DNA from: a bacterium
GTDB lineage: Bacteria; UBA8248
Assembly: GCA_965213625.1 (NCBI GenBank)
Contig: CBDBZU010000004.1
Coordinates: 2,144,001-2,208,000 of the forward strand
Length of the DNA: 64,000 nucleotides
Direction: 5' to 3'
Made by a program: the position numbers and the translations under genes. A model generated the notes under the pieces. That model did not search any database, was not told where the DNA came from, and was given only the letters and a program-made list of their open reading frames with translations. Within the stretch, counting starts at the first letter, position 1, and every line of letters begins with the position of its first letter. This document shows positions 29,300 to 39,098 of this stretch, piece by piece.

Positions 29300-29470
29300 A
29301 TGACTGCCGTAATGATCGAAATCGCCGTTTTCGGAATCGCCATCTTGGTTTACATCTACAAGCTTGATGGGCGTATATCGTCCCTAGAAGCATCTCTCGG
29401 TTCCCGAATATCACGTCTCGAAGGTATGTTTGAAGGCCTTCTGGCGGGACAAAAATTACATCAACCATAG
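29300..29470 (+). CDS. Small membrane-anchored coiled-coil protein
   Basis: N-terminal TM then a RISSLE/RISRLE repeat; GAGGAG and an AT-rich stretch upstream. Confidence 0.55.
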   Translation: MTAVMIEIAVFGIAILVYIYKLDGRISSLEASLGSRISRLEGMFEGLLAGQKLHQP

Positions 29471-29504
29471 AGATTTCGCGCGAAACTCCCGCAACCCCGA
29501 ACGC

Positions 29505-30197
29505 CTAGTCAACGACGGCCACGGCCCGGCAGGGGGAGCCTTCGATCCCCGGCATCTTGAGCGGCAGCGCGATGACCTCGAAGCGCTCCTGCGGTATGGC
29601 GGAGAGGTTCGTCATGTGCTCGATCTGGATGATCCCGTTTCCCAGCAGCGTCCTGTGGACGGCATAGTTCTCGGGCACGTTCTCGGGAATCTTCTTGACT
29701 TCCTCTTCCTGGAGAAAATCGAAGCCTGCGGCCTTCACCCCCTTGTCCACGAGCCACCTGGCGCCGTCGCCGGTGAGAAAGGGGGAATTCCTCAGATAAG
29801 CGTCTGTACCCCAGAATTTGTCCGTAAAATCGGTGCGCAGAAGCACGATGTCGTTTTCCCGCACGAGTCCCGCATGCGCCTCTAAATCCTCAGCCGAGAT
29901 TGCCTCATCCGCCCCCTTGGATGAGAAATCGAGCAGACAGGCCGGTCCCATGAAGCGATCGAGTTCCACCTCGTCTGTCGTCTTCCCCCAGCGGTAGATG
30001 TGGCGCGGGCAATCGAGGTGCGTTCCCGCATGGGCGAATATGGAGAGCCAGCTGTCGACGAATACCACGTCGGGTTCTTTTTTTGGGGGGAAGAACTTGC
30101 GCCGCACGGAGGTTTCGGCGTTCATCATCTTGCCCACGGCGGCCGCCACAGGGTCCATTTCGTCGTAGTGGGCGAGACTCAAATCGATAATGGGCAT
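29505..30197 (-). CDS. Cyclase/kynurenine formamidase family metal hydrolase
   Basis: IIDLS, HAGTHLDCPRH, VHRTLLG and LPLKMPGIEGSPCRAVA motifs. Confidence 0.9.
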   Translation of the reverse strand: MPIIDLSLAHYDEMDPVAAAVGKMMNAETSVRRKFFPPKKEPDVVFVDSWLSIFAHAGTHLDCPRHIYRWGKTTDEVELDRFMGPACLLDFSSKGADEAISAEDLEAHAGLVRENDIVLLRTDFTDKFWGTDAYLRNSPFLTGDGARWLVDKGVKAAGFDFLQEEEVKKIPENVPENYAVHRTLLGNGIIQIEHMTNLSAIPQERFEVIALPLKMPGIEGSPCRAVAVVD

Positions 30198-30306
30198 GCG
30201 TGTTCCTTTCCGTATGAGCGTACGTGAGCCATCGTCTGTTCGTGAGTGAGGTCCATCCTGTCATAAAGACGGCTTTTTGAGAAACTTTGATGGGGGCAAG
30301 TCCTGT

Positions 30307-30535
30307 GGGGCTGATGAAAAAGGCCTCTCCGCCTCATCCTGAGTAGCGGCGAAGCCGCGTATCGAAGGATGCCCTCTCGCTCCCCGGCGCGTGGCGTTCG
30401 ACTCCCCTCGCCCTTCGATACACCGCCTTCGGCGGCTACTCAGGGTGAGGGAAAAGCGCCCCATTCAGGGCGGTGAGCGAACCGATAAACTCTCTCTTCT
30501 TCGTGGTTCTCTAAACAGGGTTTTTCAGCAGCCCA
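30307..30535. mobile_element. MITE-like element with CTCATCCTGAG..CGAAGG palindromic interior
   Basis: GGGGCTGATGAAAAA ... TTTTTCAGCAGCCCA flanked by CTGT on both sides; interior nearly identical to 55761-55902. Confidence 0.8.
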
Positions 30536-30655
30536 CTGTCCGCCGCCTATGCTTTATCTAACCGCTTGCCCCGGTGAGGACGCATCGCTTCTCACGCTCC
30601 AGTTTTCAGGATAGTATTTCCCTCATCCATCTAACGCCGACCGGAGGAAGAAGGG

Positions 30656-31480
30656 ATGAAAAAATCACTTAGCCCCGTTCTTCTCATATGTTTTCTGGCT
30701 GCGCCGGTTGTCGTTTCCGCCAAATGCTCACCTGGTCTGGTGCGCCACATGCCTTTCAGACGAGCGGCGCCCGTATCCTACGTCCAAGTGGCGAAGGCCC
30801 CGCGCCGGATCAGCGTCCAGTGGTTCGGCCACGCATTTTTCCGCATCATTTCCCCTCAGGGCATCCGAATCGTGACCGATCCGTTCTCCCCTCACCGGGG
30901 TTTTCCCATCCCGAAGACAAGCCCCCACGTGGCTACCACGAGCGAGGTGGCGATGAACCACAGTTCTGTCGAGGTGCTGGGTGGAACCCCTGTCGTCTTG
31001 AGCGGTGTACTGGAGCATGGAGAAAAATGGAACGAAGTGGATTACCGGAAAGGCGACGTGCGCATCAGAAACGTGCCCATCGTGCAGGGCGATGGGGCTG
31101 ACGAATTCGACGCAGGCGAATCGAAGGCCTCGTCTTTTCTGTTCGAGATGGGGGGTCTTTGCATCGCGCATCTCGGGGATCTGGGCTCACCCATGAACCC
31201 CGAGCAGTTGAGAAGGCTGGGGAAGATTCATGTGGCGCTGGCGATAATCTCTGACCCGGGGGCCATGAACCCGAGAATCATGGCGGATTTCGTCCGGAGG
31301 CTGAGCCCCAACGTCGCGATTCCGATGGACGTTCGCTCGCTCGAGGAGTTGAACGTATTTCTCGGTGCTTTCAGGCGCGTCAAGAGAATCGAGGGCGACA
31401 CCTACGTCTTCAGTCGCAGGACGCTGCCGCCCCCCACCGAGGTGGTGCTCATCAAGCACAAGGCTTGGGAGTGGAAATAG
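30656..31480 (+). CDS. Secreted MBL-fold protein with degenerate metal motif
   Basis: Signal peptide; WFGHAFF, IVTDPF and IAHLGDLG; HxHxDH replaced by SEVAMNH. Confidence 0.8.
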   Translation: MKKSLSPVLLICFLAAPVVVSAKCSPGLVRHMPFRRAAPVSYVQVAKAPRRISVQWFGHAFFRIISPQGIRIVTDPFSPHRGFPIPKTSPHVATTSEVAMNHSSVEVLGGTPVVLSGVLEHGEKWNEVDYRKGDVRIRNVPIVQGDGADEFDAGESKASSFLFEMGGLCIAHLGDLGSPMNPEQLRRLGKIHVALAIISDPGAMNPRIMADFVRRLSPNVAIPMDVRSLEELNVFLGAFRRVKRIEGDTYVFSRRTLPPPTEVVLIKHKAWEWK

Positions 31481-31506
31481 GGAATACTTTGAGTCTCGTC
31501 TCGCTG

Positions 31507-31674
31507 GCATTCGCCGGAATGACGACTCTGGAATCGGTTCGTAGGGACAGGTCGCGACCTGTCCTTACGGGGTGGCAGTGTCTGTTTCTGGATGTCTTCA
31601 TTCCGAAATGAATCCATTCAGAACAGGCAATACCAGTTATTGATTTTACAATCACTCCCCTCAAGGGGGGAGTG
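31507..31674. repeat. Cluster of three different short palindromic repeat classes
   Basis: GCATTCGCCGGAATGAC (31507), GTAGGGACAGGTCGCGACCTGTCCTTAC (31541) and CACTCCCCTCAAGGGGGGAGTG (31653). Confidence 0.65.
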
Positions 31675-31769
31675 GGTGTATTGCTAGATAAGCTGGGATG
31701 AGAAGACGATACAAATCTCTAATTAACTAAATAGGAACATATCAGACGAATCGAAACGCACTCGTCACT

Positions 31770-34052
31770 TCAGCTTTTCTCCACCTCCACGCGGTAGCTG
31801 TTGAACGTGGCGTTTTCGTATTCGGACAAGGCGTCGCCGGTAAGCTGGTTGGCCGCGCCGTCCTCGGGCAACCCGCCTGCAGGGACGTGCACGACTCCGG
31901 GCCTGATGCCCTCGCTCACCTTGGCCTCGAACACGGACTCTCCATAACCGTTTTTAAGACGCACGCTGTCGCCGTTTTCGATGCCCCGGGCGGCGGCGTC
32001 GGATGGATGGAGAGTCGCGACGTTCCAGCCGTGGCGCAGGAGCTTCGTCGCGTTGTTGAAGGTCGAACTCGCCCGGAAATAGGTTTTCGGCGTCAAGAGC
32101 TGGAGCGGGTAGCTCGCTCCCTCGTCCGCCATATTTTCTTCGGGCGGGAAATGCGTGGGCGCGTGCTGCGGGATATCCTCCAAATAAACCTGCGCCCGCC
32201 CGTGCGGGGTGTCGAGATCCCAGCCGGGAGCGGCGTCGGGAACGTCGAGGGTAATTTGCCCCTCGGCTTCGAGTTTTTCGATCGTGACATCCTTGAACCA
32301 GGGGAAGCGCGCGTCCGCCCGCGCGGCTTCCAGGAGTTCTTCTATCCATTCCCTCGATGATTTCCAGGGGAGATGCGCGCCGTAGCCCATTTTTTCGGCC
32401 AGGCGGCAGACGATCTCGAAATCATCGAGCGATTCCCCGCGCGGCGGCATGACGCCCGGCGTATAGAGCAGGATGTGTTTGGGATTCATCTCGCGGGCGA
32501 GATGATAGAAGGTGCTGCCCGCCTCCATGCCCCCGGTGATTGCGCAGCGCTCGAGCCAGGTGGAGGCCGGCAACACCACGTCCGCGCATTTCGCCGTCGG
32601 CGTCATGAAGACGTCCGCCACCGCGCAGAAATCCAGAGAGCGAAGGGCGCGCTCGGTCTTGTGGGCGTTTCCTGCTTGCCCGACCGGGTTGCCCCACATC
32701 ACGAGCGCGGCGTGTACGGGACCACCGTGGGAGTCGGGGTTCAGGATTGCTTCCGCGGTCTGGCCTGTCGGGATGGTGCGCTTCACCGGATTGGGGACGG
32801 CCCAGCGGTCGGACATCACCTCCGCGAGGCCGGTTCCATGCGCCGTGGCGGAGGCAAATCCCGTATCTCGCGCCCCGTGGCGCAACACGCCGCCCGATGC
32901 GCCCGCCATGAGGTTCAGGATGTGCAGCGCGCGGACGGCCTGCTCCCCGTGTACGGTGCGCTGGTAAGACCCGTAGTAGACGATGACTTTGCCTTTTCGC
33001 ATCGCCTGGGCGATGGCGCGCACGTGCTCCGCCGAGACGCCGCACTCGCGCGCCGCGCGCTCGGGCGTCCAGGGTTCGGCGGCGTCGCGCAGGTAATCGA
33101 GCGCGGGCCTGCAACCGGTTCCGTTCACCTGGAACGTCCCGCTCAGGGCCGGTTTTGTACAGATGTCGAACGGCCTGGCCGAAGCGGTTTCTTCATCCCA
33201 TACGAGTGGCGCGCCACCCGGGTCCCGCACGAAGCGGCCGTCTTCTGTATCCACCAGGAACGCGGCGTTGCTTCTCACCCGGAGAAAATCCTCATCGATC
33301 GCGCCCTCAGCGAGCATGAGTCTTAAGACCGCCAGCGCAAGCGCCGTGTCCGTCGAGGGGCGAATCGGCACGTGCACTTCGCCGAAGCGTTCCACCGTCC
33401 GCGTGCGGAGGGGATCCACCACGATGAAGCGGGTTCCGTTCTTCTTGGCGCTCTGTAATGACTGGAGCAGGCCGCGGTATCCCGTCTCCACCGGGTTGTT
33501 GCCCCAAAGCACGATCCACTCGCAGTCGTCGGTCGGCTTGTTGTTCACCTGCCAGTGGCCGAAGACGTCGTCGCTCGCGCCGAGGAAGGCCTTCCAGCAC
33601 AGGCTACCGCGCATGTAGGGCTGTACGGCGCCGCCCCACATGTTCAAAAGCCGCATGATGGTGGCGGGGTCGGCGTCGCGTCCGCCGGGCAGGGTGTGCT
33701 GGGCGGAGTAGTGGTACATCATCACGGATTCGTTTCCGCCCTTCGCCTTGGCGGCCTCGAGCCCACGGGCTACGAGCTCGAGCGCCTCGTCCCAGGTCAC
33801 GCGCTCGAAGCGGTTCGCGCCGCCCGGTCCGGAACCCTTCGCGCCCACGCGCTTCATGGGGTAGAGGAGCCTGTCGGGATGATGATACCTGTCCGGCAAC
33901 TGGAACCCCTTGATGCAGGGCTTGATGCGCATCCTGGGATTCGCCCGGAAGGAGGTGATGGTTTCGCCGCTCGCTTCGACCTCGAAACTGCAGGGGTTGT
34001 TCCCGCAGTGGGGGGAGCAGAGCGTATATGTTTTTCGCGTTTCGTCAGACAT
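31770..34052 (-). CDS. Stand-alone Mo/W-bisPGD oxidoreductase (DMSO reductase family)
   Basis: CSPHCGNNPC..PCIKG, RLLYPMKR, FERVTWDEAL, DVFMTPTAKCADVVLPA and LHPSDAAARGI motifs. Confidence 0.9.
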   Translation of the reverse strand: MSDETRKTYTLCSPHCGNNPCSFEVEASGETITSFRANPRMRIKPCIKGFQLPDRYHHPDRLLYPMKRVGAKGSGPGGANRFERVTWDEALELVARGLEAAKAKGGNESVMMYHYSAQHTLPGGRDADPATIMRLLNMWGGAVQPYMRGSLCWKAFLGASDDVFGHWQVNNKPTDDCEWIVLWGNNPVETGYRGLLQSLQSAKKNGTRFIVVDPLRTRTVERFGEVHVPIRPSTDTALALAVLRLMLAEGAIDEDFLRVRSNAAFLVDTEDGRFVRDPGGAPLVWDEETASARPFDICTKPALSGTFQVNGTGCRPALDYLRDAAEPWTPERAARECGVSAEHVRAIAQAMRKGKVIVYYGSYQRTVHGEQAVRALHILNLMAGASGGVLRHGARDTGFASATAHGTGLAEVMSDRWAVPNPVKRTIPTGQTAEAILNPDSHGGPVHAALVMWGNPVGQAGNAHKTERALRSLDFCAVADVFMTPTAKCADVVLPASTWLERCAITGGMEAGSTFYHLAREMNPKHILLYTPGVMPPRGESLDDFEIVCRLAEKMGYGAHLPWKSSREWIEELLEAARADARFPWFKDVTIEKLEAEGQITLDVPDAAPGWDLDTPHGRAQVYLEDIPQHAPTHFPPEENMADEGASYPLQLLTPKTYFRASSTFNNATKLLRHGWNVATLHPSDAAARGIENGDSVRLKNGYGESVFEAKVSEGIRPGVVHVPAGGLPEDGAANQLTGDALSEYENATFNSYRVEVEKS

Positions 34053-34215
34053 CGCCGCCTCTTCTCGCTTTCAACACAGGGATGCTTTACACGATTTCTT
34101 TAGCAAACTAACATAGGGCTTCTTTTGTTTCTGAGCAAATGGTGTTTGCCATCATAGAGCGGAACGCGACGACATCGCTTCCATCTACATCTGACCCTTC
34201 TGGAGGTAAGAGAGA

Positions 34216-35370
34216 ATGAGCACAGACGGAACAGCACAGGCCGAATTCGTGCCCCCCTCATGGGATACCAAGATGCCCTTGCCGTCCAATCCCGAGACGG
34301 GCGAGGACGCGAACGATTATTACACCATCGACTGCGAAGTGCATGTGATGCCCGAGGATTACCGGCGCTACATCAAGTATTTCGAGGGGACCAAAACCTT
34401 CGAGTACGCGCACAAGATGTGCAACCAGTGGCAGTGGATCGACCACAGGAACAACAGGCAGTCGGCCATGCACCCGGGCATGGACTGGCATATCGACAAG
34501 ATCATCGCCGACATGGACCGCTCGGGCGTGGACCAGATAGCCCTCATGCGCGAGTCGTTCATCGACACGGCGGGCGACAGCGCGCCGTTTTCCACGAACC
34601 AGCATGTCATCGACGCCATCGAGAAATACCCCGACCGCGTCATCGGCGTCTCGAACGTGGGACCGTTCTCCAAGCGCAAGACCAAGGATTTCCTCTGGGA
34701 GATGGAATACCTCCACGACAACTACAACTTCAAGTTCACCAAGTTCTATCAGCCGGAAGACTGCCCCATCAACGACCGCAGGCTCTGGCCCGCCTATGAG
34801 ATGTGCCAGGACAAGGGCATCGTCGCCTTCTTCCACACCGGCATCACCATCCGCCTGGGCCCGACGCGCTACACCCTGCCGATTCTGCTGGACGAGGTGG
34901 CGTCCGACTTCCCGGACCTCAAAATCGTGGCCTATCACGGAGGCTATCCCTACTGGGAAGACCTCATCATGCTGATGTGGAAGCACCCGAACGTGTACGT
35001 GAGCTACTCGATTCTTCTGCCCTGGCTCATGCGCGCGCCGCACCGGTTCGCCCACATGGTCGGCACGACGCTGCAGATCGTCGGCCCCGGCCGTTTCGTC
35101 TGGGGCAGCGACTGGCCCGCTTCGGACCCCTACCAGTCGGTCGAGGCGGTCCTCAAGCTCCAGATCGACGAGGAACTGCAGGAGAAGTGGGGATACCCCG
35201 CCATCACGAAACAGGACAAGGCGGATTTCCTGGGCGGCACGCTGGCGAGGCTTGCGGGCATCGACCCGGTGAAGAACCACCTGAAATTCCCCGGCATGAA
35301 CGGCTCGCCGGAGGGTAAGACGCCCGAGGGCGACATTACCCGCGCCATCATGGCGAAGCAGGGCAGCTAG
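34216..35370 (+). CDS. Amidohydrolase family protein (Amidohydro_2)
   Basis: IDCEVH, FHTG, FPDLKIVAYHGGYP, HPNVY and WGSDWP motifs. Confidence 0.9.
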   Translation: MSTDGTAQAEFVPPSWDTKMPLPSNPETGEDANDYYTIDCEVHVMPEDYRRYIKYFEGTKTFEYAHKMCNQWQWIDHRNNRQSAMHPGMDWHIDKIIADMDRSGVDQIALMRESFIDTAGDSAPFSTNQHVIDAIEKYPDRVIGVSNVGPFSKRKTKDFLWEMEYLHDNYNFKFTKFYQPEDCPINDRRLWPAYEMCQDKGIVAFFHTGITIRLGPTRYTLPILLDEVASDFPDLKIVAYHGGYPYWEDLIMLMWKHPNVYVSYSILLPWLMRAPHRFAHMVGTTLQIVGPGRFVWGSDWPASDPYQSVEAVLKLQIDEELQEKWGYPAITKQDKADFLGGTLARLAGIDPVKNHLKFPGMNGSPEGKTPEGDITRAIMAKQGS

Positions 35371-35403
35371 CGGAACAGCCCGGCAACTTTGCCTGAAAGT
35401 ATG

Positions 35404-35436
35404 AAACCCCGTCCGGGTTCGCCCGGGCGGGGTTTT
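35404..35436. terminator. Probable bidirectional Rho-independent terminator
   Basis: AAACCCCGTCCGGG-TTCG-CCCGGGCGGGGTTTT between convergent genes. Confidence 0.75.
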
Positions 35437-35496
35437 CTTGTTGAGAAAATCCGGCAGCGACGATTCAGGGTGGAGCGCTTTTGTTCCCGTGAACCC

Positions 35497-36249
35497 TCAC
35501 ATCTTCGCCATGATGAACTTGATCACCAGGCTCGTGGCGATAAAGAACAAGGCGACACGGATAATCCTGAAGAAAAGCGCCTGGTCGATGCGCTCGCGAA
35601 CCCGTATGCCCACCAGATACCCGATACCCACGGGGACGACCGCCAGCAGCCCTTCGATAAAACGAGGCTTCGTGTAAATGCCCTGGTGGGAAAGGCTCAG
35701 GACCATGATGGACATGCCCGCCGCGTTGAAGATGTTCATCAGGAAGATGAAGGGGTTTTTCGGCAGTCTCAGCATGCTGAAGTAAATCGTGCTGATGACG
35801 CCGCTGATGGTCGTTGTTCCGTATACGAAACCGAGCAGCGCGCCCATTCCTGCGGCCACGATTTTTTGCAGCCCCGCGCCCAGTTCCTTGAAGGAGCCGA
35901 GGCGGCTCTCCACGAGCAGGTAGGTATAGGCCATGACCCCCATCATCAAGCGAATGAAATCGGGGTCTCCGAATCCCAGGAACCACACCCCGACCGGAAC
36001 GAACGCCAGGGCGAACGGGAGATAGAGCGATATTTCCCTGATGGCGCGCCACTCCGCACGGAGGCGGTAGGCGTCGGCGATGTTCGAGAGGAGCAACGAG
36101 AACGCAAGCAGCGTGGCGACGTTTTGGGGGACGAGGAAGAGCGCTAAAAGCGGCGCGGCCACTAGGGGCGTGCCGAAACCTATCGAACCCTTGACGAATC
36201 CTCCCAGGAAGAGAACGCAAACGACGAAAACGACTTCCCACTCGCTCAT
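35497..36249 (-). CDS. TSUP (TauE/SafE) family permease
   Basis: GGFVKGSIGFG motif; about 8 TM helices; 250 aa. Confidence 0.85.
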   Translation of the reverse strand: MSEWEVVFVVCVLFLGGFVKGSIGFGTPLVAAPLLALFLVPQNVATLLAFSLLLSNIADAYRLRAEWRAIREISLYLPFALAFVPVGVWFLGFGDPDFIRLMMGVMAYTYLLVESRLGSFKELGAGLQKIVAAGMGALLGFVYGTTTISGVISTIYFSMLRLPKNPFIFLMNIFNAAGMSIMVLSLSHQGIYTKPRFIEGLLAVVPVGIGYLVGIRVRERIDQALFFRIIRVALFFIATSLVIKFIMAKM

Positions 36250-36372
36250 GTGTATCTCAAGGAAATATAGAGGAGTCTATCTCAAAATGAACGGCGCTCG
36301 CGGTTTCCATCTATCCCGAGCCTGTGCGGGTATCTTGCCGGGGAATGGTTCCTTGGTCCTTCGAAACGCGCC

Positions 36373-37179
36373 TCAACCGGCGATGTCCTCGCCTCCGTCG
36401 ACCCGAATCAAATCGCCTGTCATCCATTGCGTGCCGGAGGTGGCCAGCGTCGCGATGGCGTCGGCTACTTTCTGCGGCGTCGTCAGCTCTCCGTGCGGGT
36501 TGATTTTTTTCGTGCCCTCGATCATCTCGGCGTTTCCGGGGATTTTCCGAAGGGCGGGCGTGTCCGTGACACCGGCCTGGATGCTGTTCGCCGTAATGCC
36601 CTTGTGGGCGAGTTCGACCGCGAGCTGGCGGATGTGGCTCTCGAGCGCGGCCTTGGCCGCCGATACGGCGCCGTACGTTTTCCAGATGCGGTGTCCGCCC
36701 GCGCTCGTCATGGCGTAGATGCGGCCACCGAAGCCCATGAGGCCGCGCCGTACGAGCGCCTGGCTCCAGTACACGAGGCTGTTCGCCATGACGTCCAGCG
36801 TCATTTCGAGTTGCCTGGGGGAGATGGCGTCTTTCTCTTCATCGGCGATGTAGGGCTTGAGGGTGCCGAAGGCCAGGCTGTGGAGCAGGATGCGCACCGC
36901 GCCCTCCGCGTTCTCGCCCAGGCGCTCCTGAACTTGATCCAGAACGCTTTCGCGCTCTTCATGGCCCGCCGCGTTCACGTTGAAATAAAGGGATTCCGCG
37001 CCGTTGTTCCTGATTTGCTCCCGAATGCGCTCCACGTTGGGCAGCGTGGCCTTCCTGTCGAGGTGAACGCCTAAGATGTTGACTCCCAGGCTCGAGAGCT
37101 TGAGCGCGTTCGCTTCGCCAAAGCCGCTGCTGGCCCCCAGGATGAGCGCCCAGCTTCCTGCCAAATCCGAGTTCGACAC
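36373..37179 (-). CDS. SDR oxidoreductase (enoyl-ACP reductase FabL-like)
   Basis: LGASSGFG, YGAVSAAK (YX6K), GVTDTPAL and VDGG; GTG start after AAGGAG. Confidence 0.85.
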   Translation of the reverse strand: MSNSDLAGSWALILGASSGFGEANALKLSSLGVNILGVHLDRKATLPNVERIREQIRNNGAESLYFNVNAAGHEERESVLDQVQERLGENAEGAVRILLHSLAFGTLKPYIADEEKDAISPRQLEMTLDVMANSLVYWSQALVRRGLMGFGGRIYAMTSAGGHRIWKTYGAVSAAKAALESHIRQLAVELAHKGITANSIQAGVTDTPALRKIPGNAEMIEGTKKINPHGELTTPQKVADAIATLATSGTQWMTGDLIRVDGGEDIAG

Positions 37180-37393
37180 GTCGTTCTTCTCCTTTTCAGG
37201 CTGTACGAGCACCACGTTTTTATTGTTTATAGCATATCCGTGTGGGGTTCGGGGCTGTCCCGTCAAGTTGGGCCTCACGAGCTTTGGTTGAGGTTGATTG
37301 CTCATCAACTCTCAGGTGTCGGTCGTAGACGGCCCCTAACAGGTATCGGTGGACGCGCCTGCCCTTAACCGCATCGGATATACCCTGGTATAG

Positions 37394-37421
37394 GTAGGAA
37401 CAGGTAGCAACCTGTCCCTAC
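37394..37421. repeat. GTAG-type REP palindrome
   Basis: GTAGGAACAGGTAGCAACCTGTCCCTAC, similar to the copy at 31541. Confidence 0.65.
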
Positions 37422-37482
37422 TTCGTAGCCCCAATAACCGCTCGTCTTCGTTGGAGGTTATCAATTCCGCCATGAGTAAATC

Positions 37483-37617
37483 CGCATTTCCCCGCATTTG
37501 CGATTGCGCCGATTAGAGCGCGAGCATGTATGATGTCGAAGCGAGTCGTTGCGTTCGAGGATAAGGAATTTCTGAAAATATAGGTAAATTCACGGGGTTT
37601 TTAGATAAATTCACGAG
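37483..37617 (+). repeat. Dispersed repeat homologous to 51705-51847 (minus strand)
   Basis: Collinear blocks CGCATTTCCCCGCATTTGC, TGTATGATG, GCGAGTCG, GTTCGA and TAAATTCACGGGGTTT. Confidence 0.7.
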
Positions 37618-37848
37618 GTAAAAAATAAGTGAATGTATTGAATAATTTAATGGAAACTGCCATTTTTCGTGGTTTCGGGTTGCTGCCGTGAATACTCGAT
37701 TTCGACCGTTCGGAGTGCTAGTGAATTTTGTGTTGGACGATAGAGAAATAGAATGGTAAATTTCAATTTGTCTTGTTAGAAGAGCGTTTTGACCTCGTTG
37801 GAGTAAGAAGACGAGCGAGGCATGGATTTTATAGGGAGAATGCGACAC

Positions 37849-38142
37849 ATGCGAAAAATAGCTGGTATCTTTCTGACGGTTGGAATGGTTTTCGTAGTTG
37901 CGGGATGCTCGACGCCCGAGCAAAATGTCTGGTTTAAGCGCGGCGTAGGCGTAAAGATGGACCAGGCGGTGAAAGACCTGAAGAATTGTGCGATGAAGGA
38001 AGAGTTCATATACGATGCGAAGGCCAAAGGCGGCCCCGAAGTGACCAGTTCCGCTTCGTCTTATGCGCAGAGCAATTTCGATTCGTGCATGATGGCCAAG
38101 GGCTTCAAAAAGAAGAAAATGATGAAGAAGATGATGAAATAA
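37849..38142 (+). CDS. Small lipoprotein with Lys/Met-rich tail
   Basis: Lipobox VAGC; D...C and F..CM.AKGF pattern. Confidence 0.75.
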   Translation: MRKIAGIFLTVGMVFVVAGCSTPEQNVWFKRGVGVKMDQAVKDLKNCAMKEEFIYDAKAKGGPEVTSSASSYAQSNFDSCMMAKGFKKKKMMKKMMK

Positions 38143-38311
38143 GTTCCGAGAGCGCGCGCGGCGACCCTGCCGTGGAATCAAGGTATACTCCCGGCGTTCT
38201 CTCCTCAGGATTTATGGCAAACCTCGATAAGAACCGGAGAAATACGTTCTCCGGTTCTTTCGTTATCGGGCGTGAGTGTAAATAACGAATATCTAAGATC
38301 AGGAGATAAGA

Positions 38312-38872
38312 ATGAGCCAGGAGCAGGGCCCAACCCGCCGGGAAGTCGAGCAGGCGGCCGATCTGAAAACTTTTGAAGACCACCGCGCCGAGGGGCCTGA
38401 CGCCGTTACGTGCGGCGTGCTCACTGTGAGCGACACGCGCACGGAAGAAAGCGACACAAGCGGAAAGTTGATCATGAACATGCTGAGCGACATGGGACAC
38501 AAGGTCGCCTTCTACCGCATCGTGAAGGATGAACCGGACCAGATTCGTGAAGCGCTGCTCGAAGCGTGCGCGAACCCGGATATCCAGGTGGTGATATCGA
38601 ACGGGGGGACGGGCATCACCAAGCGGGATACGACGTACGACGTCGTCGTTTCTATCTTGGAGAAGGAAATGCCCGGCTTCGGCGAGTTGTTCCGTCACGT
38701 GAGTTTCGAGGAAATCGGTACGGCCGCCATGCTAACCCGCGCAACGGCGGGGACTTGTAGGGACACCATCATCATGACGCTTCCCGGCTCGGGAAACGCC
38801 TGTCGCACGGGAATGGAAAAAATCATCCTGCCCGAGATCAGCCACATGGTGCGGGAGGTCCTGAAACCATAA
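38312..38872 (+). CDS. moaB: Molybdenum cofactor biosynthesis protein MoaB/MogA
   Basis: VLTVSDTR, DTSG, NGGTGITKRDTT, PGFGELFR and LPGS motifs. Confidence 0.92.
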   Translation: MSQEQGPTRREVEQAADLKTFEDHRAEGPDAVTCGVLTVSDTRTEESDTSGKLIMNMLSDMGHKVAFYRIVKDEPDQIREALLEACANPDIQVVISNGGTGITKRDTTYDVVVSILEKEMPGFGELFRHVSFEEIGTAAMLTRATAGTCRDTIIMTLPGSGNACRTGMEKIILPEISHMVREVLKP

Positions 38873-39013
38873 GGGCTTCCGTCAAGGGTCTGAGGCGCCG
38901 CCCCCGGCTTGATGAGAAATCACTCAATCGGCACCGGAATTCGGCCATGTATCGGGCGAAATGGAGAATATGCCCCGATTGGTTCTCATGGTTGCGTTTT
39001 CACGTCCTTCAAG

Positions 39014-39042
39014 TTGACACGAGATATTCAAAAGACTAGTTT
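39014..39042 (+). promoter_or_regulatory. Sigma70-like promoter for the coaD operon
   Basis: TTGACA-N17-TAGTTT. Confidence 0.5.
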
Positions 39043-39098
39043 TAACGCGCATTTTGCGCAGGTTTTGGCTCCTTTCGTTTGATATGAGGTTCGTTTCC

